A stretch of 64,000 nt of DNA from assembly GCA_977018835.1 (NCBI GenBank), contig OZ361256.1, positions 744,001-808,000 of the forward strand, given 5' to 3'. Made by a program: the position numbers and the translations under genes. This DNA comes from Minutocellus sp. GHC0000111. Its lineage: Eukaryota. Below the pieces are notes generated by a model. That model searched no databases. It saw only the letters and a program-made list of their open reading frames with translations, and was not told where the DNA came from. Numbering within the stretch: the first letter of the stretch is position 1; the number at the start of each line of letters is the position of its first letter. Below, piece by piece: positions 12,127 through 26,700 of the stretch.

Positions 12127-12783
12127 ATGTTGAGCCAGCAATACCAAGTACCCGATTGGGAGTTGCAACTACAAGGTCTCATTGCTCGCAATTCTACAAT
12201 TCGAGAGGCAAGTCCAACCACACCAATGCCACTTTTTTCACAACCGTGCCCCCATCAACATTGGGACATGCCAAATACCGTGAGTCCAACAAGTGCTTCA
12301 CAGCTAAAGCCTAATCTCCTGGAAGGCTCGAAGCAGCAGTCAAGGACCGATCGCGCCCTCTCCATGGTCAGAAAGGAGGTGGAAAAACAGGGAAATGCGA
12401 TGGACATTGTGAGGGGCCAGTTTGCTGCCTTCTCGAACGAATTCAGTTCCAATCGCCTGACAGCTAGCTCTAAAGAAAGTGAGTTGGTTCAGCTCGCAAA
12501 TGATTTGCAGAATGATGTGTTCGACCGGATGGATTCCCTATATGTTCGTAGAGATGAAATACAGAATGTGATTGCGAAAGAAAAGGCGTCAGATCGCCTA
12601 TGCAGATTAGAGAGGCGGCAAAATATTATCGAAGAACAATTGTATGAGCAATCTTCAGCGACAACATCTGCGGGCCCTCTTTGTTCCACGCATGACAAGA
12701 ATGAGATACAGAGCAAAATTTGGTCGAGGAGATGCCTTCTGAGAACACGTCTGACTCCTCTGCCGGCCACGCTCCATTACTAG
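12127..12783 (+). CDS. Hypothetical coiled-coil protein (3' end uncertain, possible frameshift)
   Basis: 218-aa ORF with a Q/E-rich helical segment; no family motif recognised. Confidence 0.35.
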   Translation: MLSQQYQVPDWELQLQGLIARNSTIREASPTTPMPLFSQPCPHQHWDMPNTVSPTSASQLKPNLLEGSKQQSRTDRALSMVRKEVEKQGNAMDIVRGQFAAFSNEFSSNRLTASSKESELVQLANDLQNDVFDRMDSLYVRRDEIQNVIAKEKASDRLCRLERRQNIIEEQLYEQSSATTSAGPLCSTHDKNEIQSKIWSRRCLLRTRLTPLPATLHY

Positions 12784-13060
12784 TATCGGCTGCCGAAACC
12801 TCAAATCAATTTGTCCTCCGCAAAAGCGACCAGGCGCCAATCACATAAAGATCAAATTCTCACGAAAAGCGAGCCTCGCAGGAGGAAGGCGCAGTCCATC
12901 AGGCACCCGAGTGGCTCAATGGCGCTGTAATCGAAGAGCTGAAAAGCAAATTTACGCATGAAAAGGAGCACAGAGATACTAATTGCTAGCTAGCTAGATG
13001 CTTACTCCAACTGAAATACGAATAAAATCGACTCATATGTTTGTCTACTGTCCTCCATCT

Positions 13061-16000
13061 CTACAGTATGTCTATTGCTTTGCACAATGCTTCTGCTTCG
13101 ATCTGGGCCTCTCGAAGCCTATGCCTCTCATATGTGATGGGACAGTCGATGCATACACATGCTGCGAGAGGAGTTACGACACCGGTGGAAGCTTTAGCGG
13201 CGGACTTGCGGAAAAGGCCACCAAGCCCGCTATTACTACCAGTGGTGGATGATCTTCCTCTCCCCGAACCGCCCCTGTTCGAATCGTTCGCTGAGGAAAT
13301 CTTGTCCATCGCAAATGTAGAAGAAGATTCGGGGCAGCCATTGCATACAGCACACACCCTGGCAACAGCATCGGCATCTTGCTCGGCGGCATTCAGACGT
13401 CCCATCCCAAGGAATGCCGCTGAAACTTTATCCTGGCTGCATTTGGCACAGACGACGGCCCTAGCACTTCCCTTGGCCTTGCACTTGGCCCCGCACAAAG
13501 CACAGGAATCACTACCAAAGTGGGCTGTAATCATCGCACTGGCCCCGGTTCTTGTCACAGGCCAATGGTGGATGCGCTTCCTTGGCTTAGGCGCGGCTTC
13601 GTACCAAGCATTGATGTCGACTCTGAACGGTGGAAGACCAAAGCATCGTTGCAGGGCGGCATTGACATGTTTCTTTATGTAATACGCAGCATGAATTGTG
13701 TAGGCATCCCACTGTTCGAGGCACTCGGTGGGAGTGAGGACACAGTCCCGCAGCTTGAAATTAAGGCCGGGCGCAGCAACAATTACATATGGTATTCTTT
13801 CCTTGTGCCGAACCGTTCGGCCCGGATCGGCCTCTGCCAAGCGCCTCGCGAGCGCAGCCTGCACAGGCCCAATCTTTCCTCCTCTATAGTGACTTCTCAC
13901 CCTTCCCGTTAATATATAATCAGATACGGGAAGTCTTCCGGCGTGGACAAGAGCCCATTGGCGTTGCAGATATGCCCTGGTCGACTCGAGATTACCATTC
14001 AGCCCATTCTGAAAAACAGATATAAGAGCATTCCTCAACACCTTTTGCGTCAATGCGCACTGATCCCGCCGGACAGTCTCAATTCCTTTCGCTTCAAAGA
14101 CTGGGCGCTTGTCATTCGGTGATTCATACTTCATACCGCAGTATTTTTTCTTAGTCTGGAGAAGACTTGCAACGTAAACCTTTTCGAGCTTGATCTGAAC
14201 GGGAGGCGGATTGGATGCAGTGACGGCCTTGCAAAATTGCTCACCGAATGCAAACGCCTCCTCCACAGATCGGTTAGGAAGTTTGATAAAGACCGAGTCT
14301 GTGTCGCCGTAGACCACATGAGCCCCCTTCCACCGGCCGTTTTCCTTTCGACCCCAGCTATTGGCGAGTTCGATGGCATTTGTCAAAGTTCGCCGGCCGC
14401 ACTCAACGATGGCATCGGCCAGTAACGGCATTGCGGAGCGTCCTGAAAATGTCGCCGAGGTGTAACCGTAGGAGACGTTAGCAACATACTTTAGCTATGC
14501 GGAGCAGTAACAAGAAAACAAGAAAGGGGGGAGTAGGGGAAGGGAGTTCTATGAGTTTCGAGCAGCTGCAAAAAAAACGAAAATTAACGAGCATTTAAAA
14601 AAATAATATCAGCCATCTTACGGCAAGCTGTTTGGCCTCAAGGCTTCGTAGAACGGAAGGAGGAACATTCTTTGCACTCTTTTTGTACGTCTTTGCTGCT
14701 CGCTTCAACATTGCTCGCGTTGCGAGGATTTCATCGAGGACTTGAGGTAGAACGCCCTTGACGACAGTCTCCGAGACAAATAGTGATCCGGTGGGTATTA
14801 CGTATGCTCTGTCCTTGTCCTTCTTGCCGACCTTTGAGCTTGATGATATTGACTTCTTGTGATGGTTGATGACGGAAGCGGTTCTTCTCTCTGCGTATTG
14901 AAACGGGCCTATGCGGCCTGTGGTTTGACCCTCGCGTTGCATTTCCTGGCGTGTCGAATGATAGTCCAACTTCCCGGCACAGCTCGAATAGCACAGATTG
15001 TAGGCAATAACGAGAGATGGATAAAGAGCGGTGAAATCACAGACGACAATTGGATCAAAGTGAAATCCACTTTGGGGTTCTATGAAGGGCGTGACAAATG
15101 AATCGAGAATTGATTGAATAGTAGAGAAGCGCGATCAGAGAGCAGGAGACGAAATAAATTTGAGAAAAAAAAACTACACAAGCCAATCCTAGAACCAGTA
15201 TCACCACTTACCGAGGGTCATTGCTTGACATTCCAGAGCCTCTTGATTGGTGCAGTCATCTTTCGAAGGAGAGAAGAAGAAGTAGCCTCTATCAGAGTGG
15301 TCGACAACGCTAGATTGGGTTGTTTGTTGAGAGGCGACATGGGGTCCATTTGGAAATCTGGCGGCAACGTTACGAGAGACAAGACCCCGCTGAAGTTTCC
15401 ATGGGCTCTCTTTCTGGGAAGAGGACTCGTTGCTTAGGGAAGCTGAATTTCTACTAAAGTGACTTTGCTGTGCCTGTGTCGAAGTTGAAGACATTTTGAC
15501 CTTGTTCTTTCCCCGTTTCTCTCCTCTCTCGTCTGACCATACACTTTGAAGGGCACGCAAGAGACATCCTTCGACCTTGTATTGAGACCCGCGGATTCCG
15601 GGCAAGCTCTGACTGAATTCAACTCCACTTAGTCGCGCGGCTTCACCAGCGCGTCCAATAATATCAAGCGCATCAAAGAGAAGAAGGGTAGCACTGGCTT
15701 GGGCGAGTCTATGCTCAAGGACTCGGCGACGATGTCTCCCGCCCTCGGAGCTATACCATCGGGTAAGAATGAGATCGTCGTGATGAGGTATCCTCTTGCT
15801 GAGAATTGTCGCCACCATGGCTGGCAGATAGGATGAATTGAGATGCTTCACTTCCTCTGCAATCATTTTCCATCCGCATATCACCAATCTTCCTTCCTAC
15901 AATGGGTGACAATCCAAAACAACAAATAATTAAGAGAGTGTGAGTTGGGTGAGGTAAGAAGACACACCTAGGTAAAAGGAGGACGGACAGCAATATATGT

Positions 16001-19000
16001 TTAAGCGGAAATAAACAAGACAAACACTTACAATGGACGCAGCTGCAGCACCGGCACCAACGCGCTCGTCCCAGTCAGAGCCTAAGCCACTACCGCTCCA
16101 CTCATTACCATTCTCTCCACCTTCCTGCTGCTGCTCATGGGGGACCAACGACGATGACGACGAGGTGGTAGTCTTTTTTATGATTCTCCCAAGTAATTTC
16201 ACCATATCGATTTCTTTCCCTCTTCTGGGGGCATTATTTTCGTCGGCATCTCCATTATTTGAAGTAGCCGGACCTTTTGCAATTGCTGCACCTCGTTCAA
16301 TGAGATAACCCAGTCCCGCCCCTTGAGTATCCCATGATATAAGCGCATCTGGATCTTTGTACTTGACAATTGAAGCTAGTCGAAGGAGGAGCTGGCGTTC
16401 ACTTCGGAGCATTTCTACCTTGGCCCGATCTATACTAATCCCAAGAGATTTACGAACAAATCGATTGATGTCCTCACTTGCGTTTCCGGCAATCTCAGCT
16501 TCAACCGGAGTAAACAATACTCCGCGTTCTAGAATTTCGATAGCTTCACCCCCACCCGGATCTCGAGCATACAAGTACACACAAGCCGCCACTTTATCCC
16601 TACTTGGATCTGGTCTCATCGCAATTGTCTTGGAATCATGAGCCCCTGCTTTGCCTGTGCGGCATTGCACATGAACTTCGATCGAAATGATCGACAGAGG
16701 AGTCGGAGCCGAGGGGAGATTATTGGTACTGACAATACCGGCCTCACCCTTCAGGCCACCGCCACCAGCCACATGTATTTTGCCACCTTGCTGTCCTATA
16801 CCTTCAAGAGCATCGGCGGCAGATAATGGCGACACTCCTTCGCCATGTCCCATTGTGCAAGACGGATCGAAAGCTGAGTAAGCCCTCACCGAGGATACAC
16901 CTTCCGTTTGACGCGAAGAACTGGCTGAGCCTTGTGATCCTATGCTAGCCAAAGGGCTCTGGAAATTACTTGCGCCATTTTTTTGCGATGAGGAACATTG
17001 GTGATCATCCTCCCGGTTTTCCTCCTCGTCTTGTGATAAAGAAAGCAAGGAAGATTGAGACTGATATGGACTTTGACTCATCTGGCTGTTAATAGTACTT
17101 TCGACTTGAATTTCTTCAACCTGAAAAACTTGGCAGCTGGATTGATGAACAACGTCGTTGGCAAAGGCGACTCGACGTTTTTTTTGGGACGTATTTGGAG
17201 CACTCGCAGGAACAAGTTTTCTTGTATTGTCGTCAATGACCAAGTCGACGCGCTTTCTCTTCTTTTTTATATCTTTTGTGATTGCCTTCCGCAAAGAATC
17301 CTTCTCCTTCCTCTCCATCTTCTTCAACCAAGTACGCACCTGATGTGAGGAAGGTGGACGTCTAACTGGCTCAACAAAAACATTCGTCTTGCGGTTGGAA
17401 CAAAATAACGTCGACAGAGTGACTTCTTCTCCGCGGGACTTCATTTCATACGCTGAAGAGAGACGAAGCCAGGGCTGAGGTCTACCCCTCGTCTTATGGA
17501 CGGCATGCCATCCTTTGGCCTTCTTGGCATTGCAGTCTCCTCGACAGGGAACGAGTGAAGAATTTTGCGGCAATACGTATTCACCTTTTCGAAGAGTAGT
17601 GCATTGAGGGATCGATGAACTGACTTCATTTTGCTTTTCGCTCTCAGAACTCATCTCTGCGCTACATCTCTCTTGACTTTCTTGATATAAAGTGCAATCC
17701 TTGTCAATGGCATTCGCGTCGCTATGGTCGTCACCAATGTCATCTTCATTGCTCCCATGGAATCTCCCATCTTCTTCATCATCACTGCTGAGAGAACAAA
17801 GATCCTCCTCGCGGATAGTCTCTATTGCTCGGTCTGCTTGGCTCAACAAGAAATTTCCAGCGCCCCCATCGAATGCCCCATCAGCAGAGTCATCAGGCAT
17901 TTGGCTGGCAATGTCCCATATTTCGATATCCTCCCCATTACCTTTTTCTTTCTTTTGCTCATCAGACGCTACTGACGGCTGCTGTGTTGCAAGCATACTC
18001 AAGGATCGCGCAAACCCCTCTTCACCGAGCTTTTCTTCTTCGTGAAAAACATCCTCATCACTATCGTATTCATTTTCATGCGGCGTCAACGGAAATGGAT
18101 CTACGGATGACGACCCAGCAGTTAAATTTCCCAGTACAGACTCTCCACGCTCTAGACTATGTCCAAATGCAGTAGCTTCCTGTATTTCCTCGATGTCTGC
18201 TTGTGTTAGCGGAGCTACCTGGCTGAGGGGCGAGCTGCGAAGAGAGCCCCCATTCAATCGGCAATTAGGAGTTTGGGGTGATAGAGATGAAAGCTGAGAA
18301 GCTTGAGCCACCACTTGAGATCGCAGATTAATTCGCTCGAAATCACCGCCAAATTGTTCGCCGAGAGCATTGAGAGCGGCAAGGGCCTCATCTTGCGACG
18401 ACGAAGGGGTTGACAAGCCCAAGCTGTCTATCTGTACCTGTGTCTTTGGAGAGAAGACTGCTGGCCCATCACTATTGAAAGCACTATCCACTCGCTGGAC
18501 AAAATTTGAGTGCCTCGTTGCAATATCACCAAGCGCTCGCCGATAATCATCTTCAAGACCAGGACTTGGGTCATAAAGGCGCTTAATACCCCACAAGGCG
18601 AGTCGAGATCCGGGAAGAGAAGGACCGTCCTTCACAGCCGATTGAAGGGTAGTCACGCCCTCTTCCTCATCGTCTGGCGCTGAGTTCAGAAAATCATCTT
18701 CCTTGCTAAGAAGAGATGCCATTCGTCTTCGCTCTAGCTCCCAAATCTCCCGCAGACTAGGCACGGCCCTCCAATGTACCCGTGCTCGCTCAGCGAGATC
18801 ATCTGGTAAGCTCGTCATCACATCTCGAATATTCAATAGTTCCGTACTACTTGCGTCGAGCTCTACATCACACAAACTTTCCTTTGTGGCCCAGAATTGA
18901 TCCTCACGACGGAGACCAACAAAAGAGTATGAGCAATACTTTGTGTCATCGCTACCAAGGCCTTCAGCATTTGGATCGGATGGAGTGGCATTGATATCAG

Positions 19001-20810
19001 TAACGGATGGTTCAGGCTGCGAAAGCTGACCCACAAAGCAACCGGTCGTTTGATCCTGCCGATTTGGAGTATTGGACATATTTGTATCATCGAGGGACCG
19101 TTCCTCAGCACCAGTATTTGGAGTAGTATTACTACTTTTCGTCTCTCTTTGTAACGACTTTCCCTCATGTATCGGAGGCGAGTCCCATTGGAATCTATAT
19201 GAAACATTTTCCTCGAGAAATAGTCTCTCGTTGCCACCTTCATCAGCATTTGAGCTCTGCACCCTTTTTCGTTCCTTTTTTGGCAGTGATTGGCGAAACA
19301 TACCCCTCTTCACCTTAATATAGGACATCCCGGAAAGGTTCAGGTCTTTGAACACTTGCATAGTGAAAGGGATGTGTGCCTCATAACAGCGAAATTTCAG
19401 AGGCGGAGATGATTGGCGCATTCCCCCCTCGCCATAAACTTCATCTTTTCCGTCCTCGTCAGTATTGCTGGCATCATGTTTGGCAGCACTTTCCGAATCA
19501 TCTCCCCCATAGTCATAGAAACGACCATCGGGATGGTATGCCTCATCTACATCAAGCCCTCTCTCTAGCATGAGCTTGACCTTCCACTTCGATTTGGGAT
19601 CATAGTACTCGACCCGAAGGAATGGAGCTGGCGGTCCAGAGCAGTAGGTGTAGAAGCCTTTCCCCTTGACGACAGTCACTTGCCGTATATAACGAATGGG
19701 CAGTTTCGATGAATCCAAATTACCCCCCAAACCATCGCCATAATTACCCCCGGCGTTGTTGGTGGAAGTATTTGCACGCCCTCCGTCCATGGTATCACGC
19801 TTTTCCTTCCATTCGTCGGTAGCTCGAAGAGCCGCCTCGAGCTTGACATGGATCTCATCCACAATGTAGGAAACAGACTCGGCGTCATCCCAATCGATCC
19901 GAGATGATACGGACGCCCCACTGGAATCGCCTGGCCTTCGATACGAGCTCCCATCTGGACCTGCTGCCACTGGCCTCGCTACTAAATACGGGAAGGCACC
20001 ATGCACATGCAAACACCCCGACTGACGTGGGGTGGACCGCACAGTTGCAGGATCACCTCGTATGACAGGGCCAAAGAATCGAAGGACGGGGACCAAAACT
20101 TTCTCTTTTTGCACCGTAGGAGTTTGTTCCAGGAATGATTGTGATTGTTCTGCAGATGCCAAAGCGCCGCCGAATCCAGGAGTCGATGGATCCGACCGCA
20201 CAGACTGCTGCGAGAGTGGGAACAACATTGGTTCATCATCACCACCACGATGACCACCAGCCTCATCCGCCGCACTTGAATCAACCTTGGAGTCCTCCTC
20301 GTTCAGTTTCCTTCGTCGCTCCTCTGCTTCCTGCTCCTTCAATTCGTGCCGTCTCTGCCGACAAAATGTGTCAAATTCTTCCGGCTCCATAGGCGTAGGA
20401 GGCACCATGACATGATCGACCACAACGTTGAGGATGGATAACATGGGCTCTTCATCATCATCATCACCAACATCATCGTCATCATTATTGTCACAGCTGG
20501 GAATATCCTTCCTTTGGACCATGGGAGACGGTTGAGACGCATTGCCACTGGCATTGGAAGGACAGGGAGACTGGAACAATCTCTTTCGTTCGGACGAATT
20601 CGCCGGCGTGCCCATACTGCTGTTGCCTTGACCATCGCTCTTGCGGCCACTCGAGGAGCTTCCATCGTGCCTGCGATTGTCTCCCCACGAGCCGTGGCCA
20701 TCTGGCAGAGTCTGGTGGAGAGGAGGGTGACTGCCGCTATCGCCACCATCGCCAAGGGGCGACGCGATTGCGCTGCTGCTGCCACCGGCACCACTGGCTT
20801 GGGAGGACAT
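13061..20810 (-). CDS. REV3: DNA polymerase zeta catalytic subunit; introns 15897-16031, 15080-15211, 14495-14621
   Basis: N-terminal CLHVHGAFPY and YEAHIPFTMQ. PolB motifs DFTALYPS, LKYVANVSYGY, YGDTDS, KKKYCG, KGIETVRRD. C-terminal CysA/CysB clusters. Three GT-AG introns splice in frame. Confidence 0.95.
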
Positions 20811-21746
20811 GCCGGCAATGCACCGAGGAAGGGAAAGTTAGTAGGCGCCTCTCCTCTCAGCTAAATGCACCGACTTTGAGCTCAATCAACCGACGTACCA
20901 CCAACAATAGATTCGAAGATGATATAGTAGACTAATCGCGCTTATCGCATGCAGCATGCTTCTCCTGGGTCAACCAACATGGCGGGGGATGCTACAACGA
21001 TACAACGGGGCGCGGCGGGGAGTCAGCGCACAGCCCCATCTCGTCTTGTTTCGCCGGTCGGATGAAGCGTTCGGCAGAAGACGAACACGTCACGAAGAAA
21101 CCCACCAAAACCCAATCTCGTTCGTCACCCATTCTTTGACCGTCCAACACCATGGTGGTCCGTCGGCGTTGCGCCGGCGCATAACTATATTTTCGTACCA
21201 AATACGCATTCATTATCATGTTTGGATATAGTTGAAGCTTACTGTATCCTCAGATTGGCCTCCGCTGCGTATCAACGCCACGAACCATCGGCCTACTTTT
21301 CCTCCATCTGTCGGCCGTTCGTTTCTCTGGGGTGGCACCATTGCTCCGTCTTTGTGCTCGTCGTGCTCCCGTTGTGATGCCCCAGACCCTCTGGTACTTT
21401 CCCACGTTGTTGTTGATGATAAACTGCCGGGATTGCGCCGCACCCCCCGTATGACCGACTCTCGCTGATCCCGACCGATCGCATCCCCACTCGACCTCTC
21501 CTGGAATTCCGACAATAATTTTGCGCCCGAGAGGAGACAGATAGCATTGGGATAAGTTTATGCAACAATCAACCCGACAAAGGGACTTTTTGGTCTGGGA
21601 GATAAATGGGTGAGTTAAGAAGGACGTGATGTGTTTGTTTGGGTGTACTATTTACTTTTTTGCTCAATCGCGATACTGTTTGTAAAAGTTGGATTATGCA
21701 ATTCACTTGTTATTGTGTAGCAGCAGTGTAATTTCATTTTCTAATT

Positions 21747-23340
21747 TTACACATGCCCTGCTCCCATCTCTACATCCTCATCTCCATCAGTGGCCATCAT
21801 GATCATTTGTTGGCGCTTGTCATCAGTTTCTGCTTTAACAGCTTCGGTCCTTGTCCTTTTCCTTGTTCTTGCCACCCGAGAGTTTCGCTCCCGCCTCTCC
21901 TCGACCTTTGGATTGGATGCCCTCTCCTCAGCCTTGAACTGCGCCGTCTGTTGGGCCTCATATCCCTTGACGCCCTGAGTCCGACGATCTTCCTTAACGC
22001 CCTCTTGGTGGGCTCGCTCTACAAACGATTCGTCGAGCCAACAGATGCCGCCCCATCCATTCTTCACTAGCCAAATGTGTTGGTCCAAGATGTGATCTTC
22101 GAGTAAGTGCCACTTGGGCGTTGTGCTAATGCCGATTGCCCGTGCTTGCTTGAGGGCACTTGCAATCAATGCTTCAAGCTCTCTCACAGCCTTCTTTGCC
22201 TCATCATCCCATTTCATGTGCCATTTCAGAAACCTGGAACATATTGCGTCAAGAGTGTGGAGCAAATTAGAGCAAGGTTTGCAGAGCTCTTTGATGTCGT
22301 CATCCGTCATGCCATCTTCCTCGCGATTGTGCTCTAGGAGAGTTCCTTTGGTGGAGGTGTTATGGTGGATGAACTCTATTGTCCTTGGTTTCTTCTTGTT
22401 GTTGCCATCAGAAACATTAATAGATAAAGCTCTCCAGCATTCTGCCAGCACTGCCCTTATTTTACCTGAGTCGGCCGCCTCAATGCCGGCCTTTTTCAGG
22501 AAATGGAAGTGAGGGGCATCGTCATCCTCGGCATCATCGACAGCTCCCATCTCTGGCTCGCCATCACCGTGCTTCTGACGATTCTTCTCAAAGCACTGCT
22601 GCATGCATGCTTCATGTGTAGCAGCGTCCTCTCTTGCAACATCAGCTTCGTCCTCATAACAGGGCACATAGTCCTCGTCTTCGTCGTCATCGTCCTCACT
22701 GATCTCGCCGGCCTCCGTCGTGGTCAGGGTGCCCACCGTCCCAACATCGTCGTCATTGTCCCACCCATCGTCCTGGCCATTGTGCCCACACCAAGGAACT
22801 TCTCTGGGCCTCGAGCAACATCTGCCTGTTGATTTCGCAGTCCATCGCCGCATATCCCACCGACATGTGTGGTGCGACCGACTTGAGGAATGCATTACAT
22901 GCCTTCGTCAAATTGAGCCGCGGCGGCGGTGTTTCGAGGCGACGAAATTGTTGCTCGACCGTGACCATGTCGAAAGCCATCCATCCATCATCATGGAGAG
23001 CGTCGGCTGCACGAGGATTGATAGAACCGAGGCGAACAAATATGCTCTTTTTGTATGGGGTTCGCTGAACGTCGTCGGCAAGGCAGTGTCTTGACACCAT
23101 TTCATCCCATCCATTCTGGTTGTCTGTCCTCACAAAAAACACATCGCAGTCTTCGTGTTGTTTCTTCTTCTCTTCAAACCCAAGATGCCCGCAGTGTACA
23201 TGACGGCGCCGTACATGATGGGACTGCATCCCAACACATTCATCAAGGAGTCGTTGTTGCCGATGAAATTGTAGTAATGAAGTTCCTTTCTGCGAAGACG
23301 GACGAGTAGTTCAGCCAGGCAGGGCGTCCTGCACCGCAAT
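21747..23340 (-). mobile_element. Degenerate DDE transposase remnant, Transib/Chapaev/RAG1-like C-terminal core
   Basis: TPKWHLLEDH...GGICWLDESFVERAHQ matches the H-x3-4-H plus catalytic-Glu helix pattern of Transib/RAG1-type transposases. Upstream frames are broken. It lies in the REV3/INTS6 divergent intergenic region. Termini not identified. Confidence 0.55.
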
Positions 23341-23771
23341 TCTGTCTGCGGTGTTGACCGCGGGATTGCGGCCGTTATTTTTTTTGCTCATGGAGAATTA
23401 TGGATCGAGACCAACGGGAATATCACCAGGATGTCGGGAGTACCTGGTTGGTCTCGTGCCGTAATTCTCCCACACCAGCGCGAGATATCGCCTTCGTTCT
23501 GCACGTAGCGGCGGCAATTTGAATTTTTGCCGCCATGGTGGCTCGCGTTGGGCGCGCCACCGAAAGTGCGACCAAAAGTATGCGAGTCATCCGGCTGGCA
23601 GATGGTGCTGTGAGCGGAGCGGAAAATCGAAAATGAGGCGGCTTGCAAAGCACTATTTTCATAAAGTTAGTGGCTTCCAAGGACGATGTCACATACATGT
23701 GCTCATTTCCAGTTCCGCTTCCCCTCCGGCGTATCTTGCTGCCTAGCTAGCTACGTCTTGGCTTGTCCACC

Positions 23772-26700
23772 ATGATTGTGGTGTTCGTCGTTGATACGTC
23801 GCCGTCCATGGCGGAAAAGGTCGGCGTCGGTGGAATGAGCAAATTGGACCTTGGCAAGATGATGGTGGAAAAATTATCCAAGGGTCTGGACCAGCGCGTC
23901 CAAGCGCACAACCGGGAGTTCCAGCAGGAGAAGCCAACGGCGCAGCAGTCGCTGCACAACCTCGGCCTGGGATACTGCTCCAAGGACCAGTTCCTTCTGC
24001 TATCGACCGGGCGGCAGTACGCGCAGCAGCCGGCCCTGGCGGCCTGTGGGGCGGGGGTTCGGTTGCTGGTGGGGTTCGCCGGCGACTATCACGGCGAAGC
24101 GGAAACGGCGCAGGATCTGCACCAGCAGCCATCGTTCAGCATCAACCACGGGGAGTTTGAGCGGGAGCTCAAGAGGCTTCGTGCCACGGATTGGTCTCCG
24201 ACGCCGACGGCTGCCGATGTCCCTCCTGCCGCGAGTGCCGTGGGAGGGCAGCCGCAGCAGCAGCCCAAGAGACGGCCCTTCCCAGAGGATGGCGGTGGAG
24301 CGGTTGGATTGAATGCCGTCCTATCCACGGGCCTGCAACTTTTGTCGCGATATAGGCTAAAAAATCGTGCGACCGAGAACTTTGGCATGGGAAGATTGCC
24401 CTCAAGCACCATGCTTTCGGCCTCGGCTGCAGCTGCCGCGGGGAAGGGACAGCAAGCAGGCGGCGCCAACAAGCAAAAGGCGACGGCAACGTATGCTCTG
24501 CAACCGGCTTGTCTGATACTTTTCACCGACGGAGAGTGCCTGCGGAAGCCACCCGCCGAGGGTGGTGGGAATCTGCAACTTCAATTTGGTAGCGCACCGC
24601 TTAGGGACTTCTACCGCGAGCCATTCCGCTGGGATCAGAGGATATTTTGCGTTGGAGTTGGAAGCAACGCCTCGCGCTCCCTCCATCCGTCCCTTCAGGC
24701 ATTCTGTGAGGTGACGGGTGGCTGCTACACCTCGATTCAGTCCTCGTCGGCCCTATCGCAAGTATCGGAACGGCTGATTCAAATTATCGCTCCATCTCTG
24801 CCCCAGAAGATGCCAATACCGAATCCGCTCCGCCACCCTTCCATGGCTCCTCCTACTTCGGAAGAGCAGGTGGAAGGGTCTATGAACGTATCTGGCGTCT
24901 TTGTGAACGGCGGGCCTGTCTGCTCGTTCCAGCAGCTTGAGGGCGGCGAGACATCCATGCACAGAGCTTTACTGCTGCACGTGCCCTCGAGGACCGATAC
25001 CGCCAACGAAGCGCAGATTTATGCTGCACCAATCTTTTGCATCCCAGAGTCATTCTTTCCCGACAAGAAGCTGGATACACTACCGCCGAGGACAGGACAG
25101 CCGGTGTTGACCTTCTCTCGACATCCGCAGCACCACGTGGGTACTCTCAACACCTTTGACCCTCTCGAGGTCATGAATTTGCTCCATAGATTGGATCAGT
25201 TGGTCACTTCCAACAAGCAATTGCTCGCCGACGCCAACGCGTCGAGTCAGATGCAAGCCTCGCTTAAGCTGCTGTCCAGGGATGTCTACGTTTGCGATTG
25301 GATCAGCAAGGATGGCAAGAGGGGCGGCGTCGCTCCCAAGTCTCAACGCGGCCATGAGCACTTTCCGGTATCTGTGCGTGGTGCGGGTCGACCGGCCTTA
25401 TCAGAGGACGACAATTCAAACATGCTCAACATTGGGATATTGCACCTACCCCACAATAGAGTCGCTTTATCGGACCAATCGGCTGGAGAATTCTCATCGG
25501 AATCTGGTGGTGCTCTGTCATCCATCACGCTCCTACCACCAGAGCCTCACATACTGCTGCCGCTCTTGGTTCGTGCTGCCGAGTTGGAGAATATGCAACT
25601 GAAGAAATCAGTCCAATCCAAGGAGGCTGCAGCGTCCACTTCTGCTGCTGCCAAGGGAGGTTCTACGGCTGGCTTCATCAAGAAGCAACAGCAAAGTTCC
25701 AGTACCGTTACTTCTCGGAACGTACCCCTGGATGAGCAATGGCGATCTGACTTCCGAGCATACCTCTTTCGCATTCCACCCTATTATCAACACGCTCTCC
25801 GACGTTGCCTTCGTCCTATTATTCCATCCTCGGCACAATCACTTCTAAGTACCGATAGCTACGAAAGCATCGCAGCGCAGTGCTTCTCTCGTTCTTGTCT
25901 TCAAAAGATTCGCCAGGGCGAAAAGGTGGCACGTGAAACCAACGAAAGGATTGAACGCCAGGAGGCCGAGCTCCGTCGCCGAGGCGTCCAGCTAATTGAG
26001 ACTCACAATCAAGATGGCAGACGCCAGGGCCTTGACGCTGCGGTGGCACCAGTAATTGGATATGGTCAGTACGATCCAAGGGCATCTGTGCATAGTTATC
26101 TGGCGGCATTGCGAAACATGCCACCACCTTGGAGAGCCGGTGCTGCCAAGGCAAAGAAGAAGGACGGTGATGGGAATGGAGATGGCGATGAAAATGGAAA
26201 AGAACACGAGAAATTCATCGGTAGAAGCACTCCACCCCCAGCTACCGAATCTCTGGGAGATCTTCCAGCGGAATGCCTTCTTGCTTATTATGAATCCAGA
26301 AGGAGATGGATCTTTGGTGGTTCTGGACTCACAACACGTGGATTGTCAGTTGAAGGGGTGAACAATGATGGTGGAAACTGTCATTACTACGAAGCAAATC
26401 ACTCTATTGACGATGAATCACTTATATCTCTTTGCGGTGTGGGGGCCTCCATGCTGAACAAGTCCAAAATCAGTGAGATGGGCGACTATCGCGAACGATT
26501 GCTCTGGAGTAGGAAGCCCGTCGTCGGTTATGGTTGTAATGATTCTACCGGTTCTGCGGCCACAACCTCACCAGATGGTTCCCCGAACTGGAGTGTCGAC
26601 GATGATGCATTGCCCACAACATTCTTTGACCCCAAAACGGGAGAGTTCGTCGATTCTGTGCAAACGAGAGTCAAGACACGCCTGATGATCAACTTTGGCA

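Noticed and set aside
21216..23701. TIRs for the Transib-like remnant
   Set aside because: Only weak partial matches (for example catgtttgga versus catgtatgtga) and no TSD.
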